From Proteromonas lacertae (taxonomy: Eukaryota), in assembly GCA_002245135.1 (NCBI GenBank), contig NGBS01000623.1, forward strand, positions 1-52,841: 52,841 nucleotides of DNA, written 5' to 3'. The notes beneath the pieces were generated by a model. It was not told the origin of the DNA. It searched no databases and was given only the letters and a program-made list of their open reading frames with translations. The position numbers and the translations under genes were made by a program. Each line of letters begins with the position of its first letter. Within the stretch, counting starts at the first letter, position 1. Shown here piece after piece: positions 25,672-39,989 of this stretch.

Positions 25672-26932
25672 ATGTATTTTTACTTAATTTTAGGAGTTGT
25701 AAGTGTGTCATTATGCATTCTCTTTTATATGTTTTCTGGAGATGAATCAGCTACAGTTAGCAATCCTCAAGCTACAATAATGAACAAATTACTACCAGCT
25801 GGTGTATCAGGATCATTATTCAAGCCATTAAACAGAACAATTGACAAAAATGGATTGCTCAATAGCTTAATATTAAACAAAGGAAAACATGAAATAATTC
25901 ATGAATCAACTAAATGGATAGTCACAACATCTATAAGATGTCCCAGCGATATAGAAGCATTGCTCCATGACAGTTATGAGAAATGGAAATTAGTAGTTGT
26001 TGCAGATAAGAAAACATGTTCAAGCTGGTCAGAGGAATTAAGCCCTAAACTTAAAAAGTTTAAAACAGTATTTCTTTCTGTAGAAAAACAACAAAATTTA
26101 TGGTACAACATAATGAAATACACGCCTTACAATTCATTTGCTAGAAAAAATATAGGTTACTTATACGCTATAGAAAGAGGTGCAAAATGTATATTAGATA
26201 TTGATGATGATAATATTTTGTTAAATAATGCAATCGATTTAGACTGTGATCAACCACCAAATTCAATAACAATAAATTCAAAGAATTTACCAACTGTCAA
26301 TCCTTATACACTTTTATGAAGGAATGATATGGCCTAGAGGATATCCGTTAGATTATATAAAGAAACAAAATAACTATACAGAAATCACTGATAATAATAA
26401 TCAACCAGGTGTTATTCAATATTTACAACATTTAGATCCAGATGTAGATGCAATATTTAGATTAAGTCAATTACCATTCAAACAATGGATTAACCGTCAA
26501 ACTTGCATAACAATTGATAGTGAAAATTATTCACCATTTAATGCACAATCTACATTAGTTTATCAATCATCATTTCCACTATTAATCCTACCAGCAAGTG
26601 TTCATGGAAGAGTAGCTGATATTTGGAGATCATATATCACTGAGAAAATAATGTCAAAATGTCATTATTCAATGAAATTCTGCAATCCTGTAGTAAACCA
26701 TATGAGAAATGTTCATAATTATTTAGCTGATTTTCAAGCAGAAATACCATTGTATTTACAAAGTACTGTATTGGTTAATTATTTGCATGATTATGAATTG
26801 AAGTCTACAACTCCAACGGAATGTTTATTGGAATTGTATTATAATATGTATAGTCAAGGATATATTGAAGAAGGTGATTTGAAGCTAGTGAATGGATGGG
26901 TTACTGATTTACGTAATTTAGGTTTGGAATAG
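25672..26932 (+). CDS. STELLO/DUF288 glycosyltransferase-like protein; intronless, frame break at 26312-26315
   Basis: KWIVTTSI, LVVVADKKT, PYNSFARKNIGYLYAIERGA, DIDDDN, NPY../WPRGYPL, DPDVDAIFRL, PFNAQST, RVADIWRSY. Confidence 0.85.
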
Positions 26933-27057
26933 ATTTATGAATAATTTGTTATTTTAAATGAAAATTAAAATATATATATTAATAAATAATTTTAAAAACA
27001 GGTCATAATACTCTATTATCTTATTTACATTAATCATGATTCTTTTACATTTTAAAC

Positions 27058-28129
27058 TTAATGAAATATTTTATATTCATATAATCCCCACACTATTGCA
27101 CTTTGAAGGGATTTTCGACATATTCGAAGAATTGAACCTCGAAAGAATCCTCTTAAACCATCATTCTAAAAGATACAATAATAAGATTTATAATTATATA
27201 CTTCATAAATAAATTTTATTGCTTCCATTGATGTAATTGGACCATTTTGAATTGGAACTTGTAAATTCGTTTTTATTACATCAAATGGATTGGTTATTAA
27301 TGAAGAAATAACACCTCCACTCAAGCCACATACAAATCCATTCAAAAATTTATCTATTGATTATATAAATAATCTTTGTTTATATATAATAATATATATA
27401 CTATTAGATATTAAATGAAAAGAGGAAATTTGTCTTTTAGTCATATTATATATTGCTAAATACAAACCAGAAGATGGAGCATCTCGGATTATTGTTGGAA
27501 ATATACCTCGATAGAAACCTCTTATACTCTCATTCTTATATACTGTTTTAAATGAACTAAATAATTTCGTTCTTTCACGTAACCATTGATTTCGTGTTTG
27601 GATTACTGTTATTGGTAATAATATCATTGAAGTAATTGATCGACAACTAAACGCTAGTAAAAATGACTTTAATGGAGATAGATTTTTACAACTATTTCAA
27701 TTCATATATATATATATATATATATATACCTAGTTATATCTCTACCAGCTACTACACACATTAACGGAACATAGATTCCGAAACCTAAACTCACTCTTGT
27801 TACACTACTAAATGAACCATTCCATAAATGACTTGGATTACTTCTCAGTATATTCTTTAGATCATTCAATATATAATCAACTATTCATTTTTTAAATAAA
27901 ACTAAATACACTTCAAATGAGTTACAGTTTGACATCTCGTCTTTAGAACTTCTAATGGTTGAACAATTAAACCTGGTATTATATTATATAAATTAATAAT
28001 AAATACTTGCCACTGAAGCAGAACTAGCTGAATTTATTACTTTCATTACTATATTCTATTTAAAAATATCTTCATACATGTAGGATTTTGAATTTGAAAT
28101 TCTTTATATTTACTACTCTTATAGTTCAT
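27058..28129 (-). CDS. Mitochondrial carrier (SLC25), most like the Hem25/SLC25A38 glycine carrier; several introns
   Basis: Three carrier signatures (PLEVLKTR, PITVIQTR, PFDVIKT), plus RDAPSSGLY and RKSLQSAIVWGLYE. Confidence 0.8.
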
Positions 28130-28220
28130 TAGAAAAGTAGATTTTAAATAGATTCTGGTTCAAAAACTTTGAAAAGAATTTTCGTAAACCCATTTTGAAG
28201 AAAAAAAGAAAAAGAATGAA

Positions 28221-30175
28221 TTAATACATTTTGTTTAATTCTTCTAATAATTTGTTTATTTCTTCTTTCTCTTTATCATCATTTCTTTGACTATCTACAT
28301 ATTTTAATGATTTTTCTAAATATTCTTTACTCTTTTCTTTTTCTTTCTATTTATATCATATATCAATTATCAAATAATACAATTTGAAGATAATATTTTC
28401 CCATTACTTTATTATACCAATATTTTGTATTATCATTACATAATTCTTCTTTTATTTCATTCAAATATGAAATTGTCTTTTCTTTTTCTCCTATTTCCAA
28501 ATAACTTGCTGCTATATTTGACATTACTAGATATTTATCTTTTTCATCTTCTAAATAACCTAATGCAGTATTACAATATTCCAATGCTTTTTCATATTCT
28601 TTCTATTAACAGAAATATTATCATGATTATACTAAATTATAATAACAACAACCTAATCCATTATTATTCCATCCTTTTCTTTCATTTGATGATGAATATT
28701 CTAATGCTGTTTTAAAATATGGAATTGCTGACTCATATTCTTTCTATTTCTATTATATTCATCATTAATACTAAATAAAAACAACACCAACCAATCATTC
28801 TATTATTGCATTCTTTTTCTTCATCTTTTGATGAATATTCTAATGATGTTTTAAAATATGGAATTGCTGACTCATATTCTTTCTATTTCATTTTATTATC
28901 ATAATTATACTAAATTATAATAACAACAACCTAATCCATTATTATTCCATCCTTTTCTTTCATTTGATGATGAATATTCTAATGATGTTTTAAAGTATGG
29001 AATTGCTGACTCATATTCTTTCTATTTCATTTTATTATCATAATTATACTAAATTATAATAACAACAACCTAATCCATTATTATTGCATTCTTTTTCTTC
29101 ATCTTTTGATGAATATTCTAATGATGTTTTAAAGTATGGAATTGCTGACTCATATTCTTTCTATTTCATTTTATTATCATAATTATACTAAATTATAATA
29201 ACACCAACCAATCATTCTATTGTTGTATTCTTTTTCTTCATCTTTTGATGAATATTCTAATGATGTTTTAAAATATGGAATTGCTTTCTCATATTCTTTC
29301 TATTTCATTTTATTATCATAATTATACTAAATCATAATAACAACAACCTAATCCATTATTATTCCATCCTATTCTTTCATTTGATGATGAATATTCTAAT
29401 GATGTTTTAAAGTATGGAATTGCTTCTTCATAATGTTTCTAATATATATAATCACTATATTTATACTGATTCATTATAACAATTTCCTATCATTCTATTA
29501 TTCTCTTCTTTTTCTTCATTTGATGATGAATATTCCAAAGCAGTCTTAAAATACATAATTCCATCATTATAATGTTTCTATTCAGTATCATAAATATATA
29601 AATATATATACCATTTCATAGTAACAAAGTCCAATATTTCCATTATTTATTGATTTTTCTACATCTGATGAATTAAATAATAAAGCAGCCTTGTAATATT
29701 GAATTGCTTCTCTATATTCTTTCTAATTTATATTATATTCATCATTAATACTAATTCTTCATAACACCAACCGATCTTTCTATTACTACATTCTTTATTT
29801 TCATTTGATGTAGGGTATTCTAAAGCACTTTTATAATATGGAATTGCTGATTCAAATTCTCTCTAATTTATATTATATTCATCATTAATACTAATTCTTC
29901 ATAACACCAACCGATCTTTATATTATTACATTCTTTATTTTCATTTGATGTAGGGTATTCTAAAGCACTTTTATAATATGCAATTGCTAACTCATATTCT
30001 TTCTATTCATCATAAATTCTATTTTATATACATTATCATAATAATAATCTCCTATCATTTTATATACTTTATAAGTCTCTTCACTACTACTTTTGCTTTT
30101 CATCTCATTCAATATTTCGTTCAACTTGACCACATCTTTATTCTTCAATAGTTCCTTTATTTCATCTACATTCAT
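28221..30175 (-). CDS. TPR-repeat protein with ten consecutive 111-nt (37-aa) phase-0 exons
   Basis: Each exon encodes e.g. KEYESAIPYFKTSLEYSSSNERKGWNNNGLGCCYYNL, separated by ~28-34-nt GT-AG introns. The whole gene splices in frame to EEINKLLEELNKMY*. Confidence 0.85.
28603..30002 (-). repeat. Tandem array of ~139-140-nt exon+intron units
   Basis: Near-identical units with period 139 at ~28630-29440 (intron GTATAATTATGATAATAAAATGAAATAG repeated exactly), and a near-identical pair with period 140 at 29723-29990. Confidence 0.95.
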
Positions 30176-30577
30176 ATCAGTTCTAATGTTTTTTTGAATT
30201 TTTTATGTAATTAATTCAAGCCAAGCCAATATTTTTCTGTTTTTTTATGTAAATGCATGATTAATATGTAAATAACACTTATATAGAGTATATTGTCCTT
30301 TTTCATAAATATTCTGTAGATGTTAATAGTAATTGTGAGTAAATAGTGAGAGTGTAGTGAAGTAGAGTGTTAATAGAAAGAATAGAATATCTATGAAATA
30401 TTTATAAGTGACACCAAATAATCTATATATAATTATATTGATTGATAAGAGAAATAAACTACTTTTGTGTTTTAAAGAAGAATTTCTATCAATTTATCTG
30501 TATTTATTATGTTATATTATTATACTGGTAAAGAAAAACACAAATATTATCAAAATATTAGAAAATCAATCAGTTAT

Positions 30578-32491
30578 TTATAAATCATATTCAGAAGGAT
30601 CTACTTTCACAGCTGCTTCACTTTCTTTTCGAATCTTTTCATTTTCACTCTTTTCTTTTTCTTCTTCTTCTTCAGACTCATCAGAAGGAATATAATCAAT
30701 AAAATCACAAGCATTTGCTAAACGAATTCGAGCTTCTCTCATCTCTTTACTTCCACTTCCTTCATTTACCATTTTTAAAAATTCTAACCAAGTCAACTCA
30801 TTTCGAATAGCTAAAGCAGTTTGAAGTCGACCAACTAAACCTATCATTTTCTTAAATCCATTATTACGAAATTTACTATTCATTACATTATTATATATAT
30901 AGTTGTTATACATGAATTTTTCTAACTCACAATGAATTATTGCTTTGTTTATTAAGATCCATTCAAATTTTGTTAAATGAGTTAATCGTTTTAACTAGTT
31001 ATATATATATATATATATTTATTATATACTCTTCTTACTTCAGCTATCATTTTGGCTAATTTTCGAGATTTTTCACCACTTTCTATTAATAACAATTATA
31101 TATATATATATATTCATACGCTTAAGCTTATATACTTCAAATTCTTTATCATCTTTACATTGCCACATTTCTTTATATCTTTCACTGTAAATCTTTCGAC
31201 GATCTAATAATTCTAATAATCCTTTTAAATGAATTAATTCATCTTCAAATTCATATTGAATCTCAGGAATTATTTCTTGAGGAGAAAAGAATTCTAATTG
31301 TTGCCAAGCATCACTCGTCTTACTAAATGTTTCTAAATACTTCGTATATTTTTTATGATCGTTGATTATTTCATTTTTGACTTTTAAACCAACTAAATCA
31401 ATCTCTTTGTTTATTGTATTATAACATTTCAATGAGGCATATAATTGTTTGCCCATTAAACCATAATTTGTTCCACTTACTACCATATTCTATTAATAAC
31501 AAATATATTCATATTATTATACTTTTAATATTTCAATCATTGTATTTACTAAAGCAATTGATTCACTTATTCGATCTCCAAATTCACGAATTTTTCTATC
31601 AATTTTATAGATTTATATATAAATATACATATCTACATTCTCAGGAATTGAGATATTCATTAATAATTTATGCCATCGTAATAAACCTTCATTTGGCCGT
31701 TTATCTTCAATCTCTTTCGGAACTTTCTATTCATTATTATTTTTTATATTTATTATTATATACTCTTAATAGATTTGTAAAACCAGAAAATATGGATTTT
31801 GATTTCATTACAGATCCTACACTCAGTTTTACGATCTTTCCATTCGAATGACGAAAATCACTCCATTCTTGAGCAGATAACTTTAAAAAGTCTAAAAATA
31901 AATTATCTCGTTGAATGTAAGGATTATCACTTAATTTGTTTATAAAATTTTCTAAACCTCTCATTCGAACTTCTACAAAATCAACACCAGTGTTTCCCAT
32001 AATCTTTTTGGGAGGTAAATCTTCAAATATCATTGCAGGATATCGCTGTATTAAACCTAATAATAAATATTCAAAATCACTATATCTTCTTCTAACTCCC
32101 CAACCTTCAGGTAATGTGGAGACTAAATAAGTCACATATGGTTGAAGATAGGTACCTTCCTTTATTGGCTCACTTATTGTTATACTCAATTTATGTTTTA
32201 AAGCTTCTTCTAACCAAATTTCGTGAGATTTCAAATATATTTCTCTTTCTTCTTCTGGTTTATCATCAAGTGGGGGTAAATCTATTTATTATAATAAACA
32301 AAAAAACATAAATATTAATCATACCACTATCATCAGAACCAACACTCCATTCAGAATCTATTATTCAGTTTAAAAAAATAATGCAAAAATAAATATAATA
32401 TACCATAAGACACAACACTTGAATTATCATCACTTTCTCTTTCTGATTCATAATCAGACTCACCGCTGAGTTCAGATGAAGATCTTGACAT
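30578..32491 (-). CDS. PX-domain sorting nexin, probably SNX-BAR; multiple introns
   Basis: PYVTYLV...VRRRYSDFEYL...LPPKK...RMRGLENFINKL...FLDFL, followed by a helical coiled region. Confidence 0.85.
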
Positions 32492-33015
32492 TTTACTTAT
32501 CAATTAAGCACTTTGACAATTATCAGATATATTAATAATGATGATTGATCAATGGGTGTTCCAAAAAAACAATCTTTTCTATTATTCTTTTTCTATTTTT
32601 CAAGTCCTACATGATGAATATTCTTTTTCTGTGAAATGAAATGGGTACTTAACCGTTTATTGAATAGATTAAGATAATTAAATCGAGAAATTATAAAGAT
32701 TTTTGATTTATAGAAAAGAATAAAAAAATGCATGAATATGGAGAGAGAGTTATTTAATTTAATACAATCATCCTTTTTTACTCAATTTAAACTAATCTGT
32801 GACATTATAAATCGTTATACATAATATTCCATTTCTGATAATAACTTTATGTTAAAATCATATCTACTCTCAACCTCAAATGTTCCAAATGTATATTATT
32901 CAATGTAAAATTCACATTTTTAATTTTAACCCCCAAAATTTCCGCTCACCCGAAACAGTCTTTTAATTTCTTTTTAATTGTGGTTACTCCAGAAGTTATT
33001 CTATCAAATTCTGAA

Positions 33016-34213
33016 ATGCGAAGTCCAACACAACAAGTGGCTGATAATGAAAGCGATGAATATGTTTTTTTTATCAACAATAGAGAGAAGAATGGTAAAA
33101 TGTATGTTCTTTTGTAATGTGCAATATAGATTTCCTGTAAATTTCTTTGTGACTTCAAAATATACAATAATATCCTTTATACCACAGAATTTACTGGAGC
33201 AATTTCGTAGAATAGCAAATATATTCTTTCTAATTATGGTAGCAATACAGCTTATACCAGGTAAATTTATAATGAAATAATTTTATTATAGGAGTTTCAC
33301 CATATGCAATAGAAGTTACAATTATGCCTATGGTGTTTATTCTGGGTGTGACGATGATAAAAGATGGATATGAAGATTGGTTAAGGCACAGAGAAGATAA
33401 TATAACAAATTCCACAACATATGAAGTGTTATTACCGAGTATTGTTTATATGTCTTACTGTATAGAAAAAGAAGAGCACGGTCAGCGTCGTAATACTGTA
33501 AGTGGACCAGTAGAGCAAGAATATCAAATAATAACTAGTGGGAAACTACATGTTGGTGATATTGTCAGAATACACGACGGTGAGTCTTTCCCTGCAGATT
33601 TGGTGTTATTAACAAGTAGTGAAGAAAATGGAATAGCTTACATAGATACAGCTAACTTAGATGGTGAAACTAACCATAAAAAAAGAATCGCGCCAAAAGA
33701 TTTAAATTCCAAATATCAACATGAAACGCAATTTAGTGATTTAGATGGGTTTATTATATGTGATGTACCTGATGATTTATTAAACCAGTTTCATGGAATA
33801 TTGGGAAGGGATGGATTTGATGATATATCATTAGATTTAGTCAATGTATAGAAATATATATATATATATATTATTATAGTTTCTTCCAAGAGGTGCAATT
33901 CTTCGAAATACAACAGAAGCGTATGGAGTTGTGGTATATACCGGAGAAAACACCAAATTATCACGTAATTCAAAAGAACCAGCCTTTAAATTCTCCAGAA
34001 TAGAAAAACTAATGAACAAATTCGTTCCATTCATATTTGGCTTGCAATTGGTATTGGCATTAGTAGATGGCGCTATAGCTCGAAGGTTTGATAACACTTG
34101 GAAAGAATTAGGTTGGAATGTGCAGAATTATTTTTATGATTTTTGTACATTCTTTATATTGTATTCTTACATGTTGCCAATGTCACTGTATATATATATT
34201 AATATTATTATTT

Positions 34214-34249
<36 letters not shown>

Positions 34250-37051
34250 GATATGTTGGTTTAGAATTATCAAGATTACTTCAAGGTTTATATATGTTTG
34301 TATATATATTATTATTATATTATATTATAGTGGGATATTGAAATGTCAATAGAAGGTGAAGGAGGATGTAAAGTAAAGACAACTAATCTGAACGATGAAC
34401 TTGGTCAAATAGAATACATTTTCAGTGATAAAACAGGAACATTAACTCAAAACTTAATGATGTTTAGATGTTGTTCAATTGGTACTAATCTATATAATGA
34501 TGATTACATTGATAAATTAAGAGAAAAAGAGAAGAACAATATGAATTATCTTGAATTTGATAAACAAAGTAACAATCAAAATGTTATGAAATATTTTTCT
34601 TATTGTTTAAGTCTTTGCCATGAAGTGTCTCCTGATGTTAAAGAAGATGGAAGCATATCATATCGAGCCGAGTCTCCAGATGAATTTGCTTTGATGGATG
34701 CTTGTCATTTAATGAAATATGATGTAATAGAAAGAGGTGAAGATTATATAGTAATAAAAAACAATGAAAAAAAATTGAAGTTTAAAATATACGCATTAAT
34801 GCAATTTAATAGTGATCGTAAAAGGATGTGCGTAATAGTTGAAGATATGACTGATACTAATATTTATTTATTTACAAAAGGGGCAGATTCAATGGTTATT
34901 AGTTTAAGTGCAAATACATATGGAATGGATTGTTTGTTTTATACAGATGATGTTGAATATCAAAATGTAATTAATAGAACCAATGATTACTTAATGCAAT
35001 TCAGCCAAAAAGGGTATAGAACGTTAGTTTATAGTGGGAAAAAATTAACAAAAATTGAGCTTGACAATTGGCTTGTCAAATTTCATGAAGCTGAAAATGC
35101 GTTAAAAGATCGTGAAGGTACAATTGATAGAGTGTTTAAAGAATTAGAAAATGGAATGTATATATTAGGTTGTACAGCAGTAGAAGATAAATTACAAGAT
35201 GAATTACCTGCCACATTAAGTTCATTTTTAGCTGCTGGAATACAATTCGCTGTAGCAACTGGAGATAAAGTTGAAACAGCAGTAAATATTGGTTATAATT
35301 GCGGTTTACTCACCAAAGAGATGAAATTATTATATGTAAAAGGAAATGAACCGGAGGATATATTAAAATGTATATTAGAATTGATTAAAAGAATTGAACA
35401 AAATCCCAAATATGTATATGCCTTAATAATCGTTGGAGATCAATGTAGTGCAATGTTAGAGAAGAAATATATCGATGATTTCGCCAATTTATTTACTCTT
35501 TGTAAGACAGCAATATGTTGTAGAATGACTCCTTTAGAGAAAGCAAAAATGGTAAAATTGGTGAGAACCAAAATGAAGAAATGTTGTTTAGGAGTTGGTG
35601 ATGGTGCGAATGATGTAAGTATGATATTAGAAGCGAATGTTGGTGTTGGAATATATGGAAAAGAAGGAAAACAAGCAGTTAATAATAGTGATTATGCTTT
35701 ACGAAGATTCCATCATTTAAGAAGGTTAATATTTGTACATGGTCGATATGATTATTTTCGATGTGCTTTTTTGATATTTTTTGCGTTTTATAATAATATG
35801 TCATTTTCAATACCACAAGTATATATATATATATATATATTAATAGTTTTTATTTTCATTTTTCAGTGGATACACTGGTACAAATCTCTACCCTTCAACT
35901 GTTTTAACTGTTTATAACATATTATTCTCTGGTCCAATATTCATGTCGTTCGGTTTGTTTGGTTATGATATTAATATGGATACTTGCACTTCCTGCCCTG
36001 AATCATATAGACGATTTATTACAAGTATTATTATTATTATTAATATATATATATATTATAGAACCATATATATTTTCATATAAATATTATCTATTTTGGG
36101 TATTGTTAGCATTATTTCAAGGTGCAATTGAATTTGTTATTTCCTATTTAACATATTCCTATAGTTATGATGTATTGACTAGCAGTGGAAGACAGACAGG
36201 ATGTGAGATGTTGGGGATAATGATAATATCAATTAATGTATGGGGAAACTTGTTAATATCGTCACGTATATATATATTGTTTAATTTTTCTATTATATAT
36301 ATGTTATTTTATTTTATTAGTTACTGTAAGGAAATGGAATGTTTGTATTGGTTTCTTAGTGTTAATATCCATTCCATTCTATTATATTACTGTATATATA
36401 GCTGCAGCTATGGAAGGTAAACCAATTGGTACAATGAATAGTTTACTCGCTGTTCCAACATTTTGGTGGAGTTCAATAATTGGTATTTCAATGGGATTTT
36501 TAATCAGAGTATTTCTTTATATTTCTTTATTTATTATTTATTAGTTTATTGTTGTTACTGGTTTTAGATACTTCCATCCAAGTGATTCAGAGATTCTACA
36601 AGAAATTGAAACTGTGAAAAAGAAAGATGAAAATGCTCGAGAATATATCAAACGTCAATTAGCAGTAGTGGATATCAATATATTAGATAGCGATAATACT
36701 AATTCGCATTCGGTTACACAGATAATGCCTGATGTTCAAGTAGGAAATAATACTCAAAGTCGTATATTTCAAAGTATAAACAATTCTGTTTCACCTGAAG
36801 AAAAAACATCATCAGCTGGAGCGTCTGTATTTCAACAACAGCAGCAACAACAACAACAAGAGAATGAAGAAAAAGAAAAAGAAAAAATTGAAGAAGAGAA
36901 AGAAAGTGAAGTGAAAGTTGATATAGATATTCCTCCTCCTGCAGCTACTGAATGTGAAAATAAGAATGAATTATTGTCAGATAATGTAAATTGTGAATGT
37001 AAAAATGGAATAGAAGGAGGGGATGAAAATAAAGATAATAATGGAAAATAA
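33016..37051 (+). CDS. P4-type phospholipid-transporting ATPase (flippase); multiple introns
   Basis: TSKYT..FIPQNLLEQFRRIAN, LDGET, FSDKTGTLT, AESPDE, FNSDRKRM, TGDK, GDGANDVSMI. Confidence 0.95.
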
Positions 37052-37415
37052 TAGTTGTTAATATGATTATTATTGTTATTATTATTAGTTTAAATATTTG
37101 CTTATTAATATATATTATTATTATGATATTTGAAATTAAATATTTTTAGAGAGTTTTTTTATATAAAAAATAGGATCAATAAAGTCATTAAATTTAAAAA
37201 GAAAAAAGTTAAACATTTATCTTGAAAATTTGTATAATGATTTCTGAGTTAATAATTTGGATATTAATAGTTTTAATATTGGTCAATCTTCCTTATTATT
37301 GCTGTTAGAAGTATTTGTAAAGACATGTTTAATGAATTTTGTGAATTTGTTTGTATAAAGAAGTAAGAAATAAATGAAATAAAGCAGATATTAATATAAT
37401 ACATCTTACAGAAGT

Positions 37416-39536
37416 TTACTTTAGATGAGAAACTGATAATAATTCAAGTGAAGTGTTTTGGTATAATAATTCAGCATATGAATATAATGGAGAAGGTAAA
37501 TCTTTAACAAGCAAAACAGGAGATGAATCATTATGACTTATCCAAAATTCTCTTTTATTCATATCAATAATCACTTCATAAATTGAACCATTTCCATGAT
37601 TATTGAAATTTGGATTTGAATTTACAACTCTTCCAATATGACAATTATCAGTAATATCTTGACTTAAACAATCATATTCCCAATAATTACATGTTGTTGA
37701 TTGATTATAAATACTATAACCAGAATATGTATTATCAGTTGATAATCCTAACATCATACCATCATATTCACTTCTATTTTGATGATATTTATATTTGATA
37801 TGATAAACTCCATCTTCCATTTTCAGATTCAAATAACAATGATTAGAACCATAATATGTAATTGTTATTATTTTTCCATTATTTGAGATTGATATACTAT
37901 AACTTTTGTTTAATTTTGTGAATCTTCCCAACAAAAATTCTAATGAAATTTTAAATTTCTTTTCATTTAGAATATTCTTGCAACTTATTTCATATTCTCT
38001 CTTTTTGATTTCTTTGTTCATTTTTCCATGAATTATTCCACTTTCTTTATTTATCATTAAACCATCAACTAATGAAGGATTGATTGAAAAGTCACATCGA
38101 TTTCCATCAAATAATGGAATTATTGACATTTCTTCATTTAATCCAAATGAATATTCTGATTGAGGATATGAAAATGATGTGATTTCTTTTGTTTTTAATT
38201 CTTCCAATAATTCTTTATCTTTCATTATTACAATCATTTCTTCTTCTTCTAAACTCAGTTTATTCTCTTTTATATATTCTATTAATAATTCTTTAGATTT
38301 GGAATTTAGATAATTATCTTCATTCAATATTCTAAAAAGAATCTCTTTTCCACATACTTCTTCTATTATTGAAACACTCTTTTTATCATCAACAAACAAA
38401 CATAAACATTTCATTGTTCGATTTCTTTTATTCTCATTATATTCCATACATAATCTTTCCAATAGATTTCTCTTTTCGATATTTGAGATATATTCTATTT
38501 AAATATATTTTTAGTATTTATACTTTCCATTTTCATATTTTTATATTTCATTATCATCAATACTATTTCCATCATTTTTATATTATTCATTTCTAATATA
38601 CACATTATTTCATCATTCAATTCTTCTTCTTTCATTTTATCCAATATTCTTCTTTCTTCTTCATTAAAGTCATCTTCTTCATTATCTTCATTGTAATTGT
38701 TGATTATTACATTTTGAATTCTCTCATCTTTTATTAAATATAATTCTATATGATTTTTACATTCATTTTTCTTTAATTCTATTTTCATTTCTTTCAACAT
38801 TTCTTTATTCTCTTTTTCTATCTCTTTCTCTTTTATCTTTTCACCATCGACATCTTCTTCTATCAATTGTTTAAAATCATCTTGTATCTCTTTATTATCT
38901 TTCTTATTCTTTTGGAATTTATACCATTCTAATAATCGATTTAATAACCATAACTCATTCACTATTATCACATCTTTCATATTTAATATCTCTCTCAAAT
39001 TATTCATTTCTAATCTCAACAAATATTCATTCTTATATAAATATTTATATCCTCGCTTTTCTATTTCCATATTTTTCAATTCTTCTATCTCTCTCAAATA
39101 TCCACCAAATACATTACAGATATGAATTAATTTCATTAATACTTCATCATCTATATTATTCTTCACAAATTCATAACAATCATTTATTATCTCTTTTTCA
39201 CTATAACATAAACAAAACATCAACACTTCACACACACTCTCTTTACAGATTATCAGTTCACCACCACTGTAGTATTTCTCCATCTCATAATAGCCAATTT
39301 CTTCGATTTCTTCATATAACTCTAAAACTCCAACAAACTCACGATCTAACAACAGTTTCTTTAGAGTTTCATTCCCATTTACTAAAATTGACTTGATTGA
39401 CATTATTCGATTATCTCTAATCTTCACTTCTATATCACCAAAACCACTTTCGACCAATTTTCGACATAATCTATCATAAAAATAAATATAAAATATACCC
39501 CTCTTCTCTTATGCTTTTATTAACTTTTCTTATCAT
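37416..39536 (-). CDS. BTB/BACK-like + He_PIG-type Ig + SPRY-like protein, paralog of 5803-7969
   Basis: Same domain order (KYYSGGEL; FSINPSLVDGLMINKESGIIHG; NHCYLNLKMEDGVYHIK; LYSYAEL). The first two introns have the same position and phase as in the paralog. Confidence 0.75.
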
Positions 39537-39989
39537 CTTTATGTAAATATATAACAAAAATAACGAAATTCGATTTTTATCAAAATTTTGAATAACCCAA
39601 AAATTAAAATGTGATTTAATTTAATTGCAGAAGGTGTGATAAAGACAATAATATTATATTCTGTTTTATTTATGCACATTGCATATGTTGTAATGATATA
39701 AATGATGAATAATAAGTTTTAGTGTTAGTTTGTGTTATTGAGAGTGAAATGTAATATGAATATGTTATTGATGATAATTAATATTTCTTGATATAATTTG
39801 ATATTATTAGAAGATGTGAAAGATTTAATTAAAAGATGTTACATTTAATGCATTATTTGGTAGTGTTTAAACAGCTAATATTTCTCCAATGAAGAAATTG
39901 AATTTAGATATTGATGAATAGTTGGAGTATAGTAGAATTGAAAGTGATAATTTTAGAGATAAAAGAAAAATTACTAATTATTAATATGA

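Noticed and set aside
27058..27095. Suspected frameshift at the end of the mitochondrial carrier
   Set aside because: Recounting shows four C's; the frame is intact (VWGLYE).
28603..30002. CRISPR array or non-coding satellite
   Set aside because: The units are spliceable TPR exons plus introns, with no unique spacers, in a eukaryotic context.
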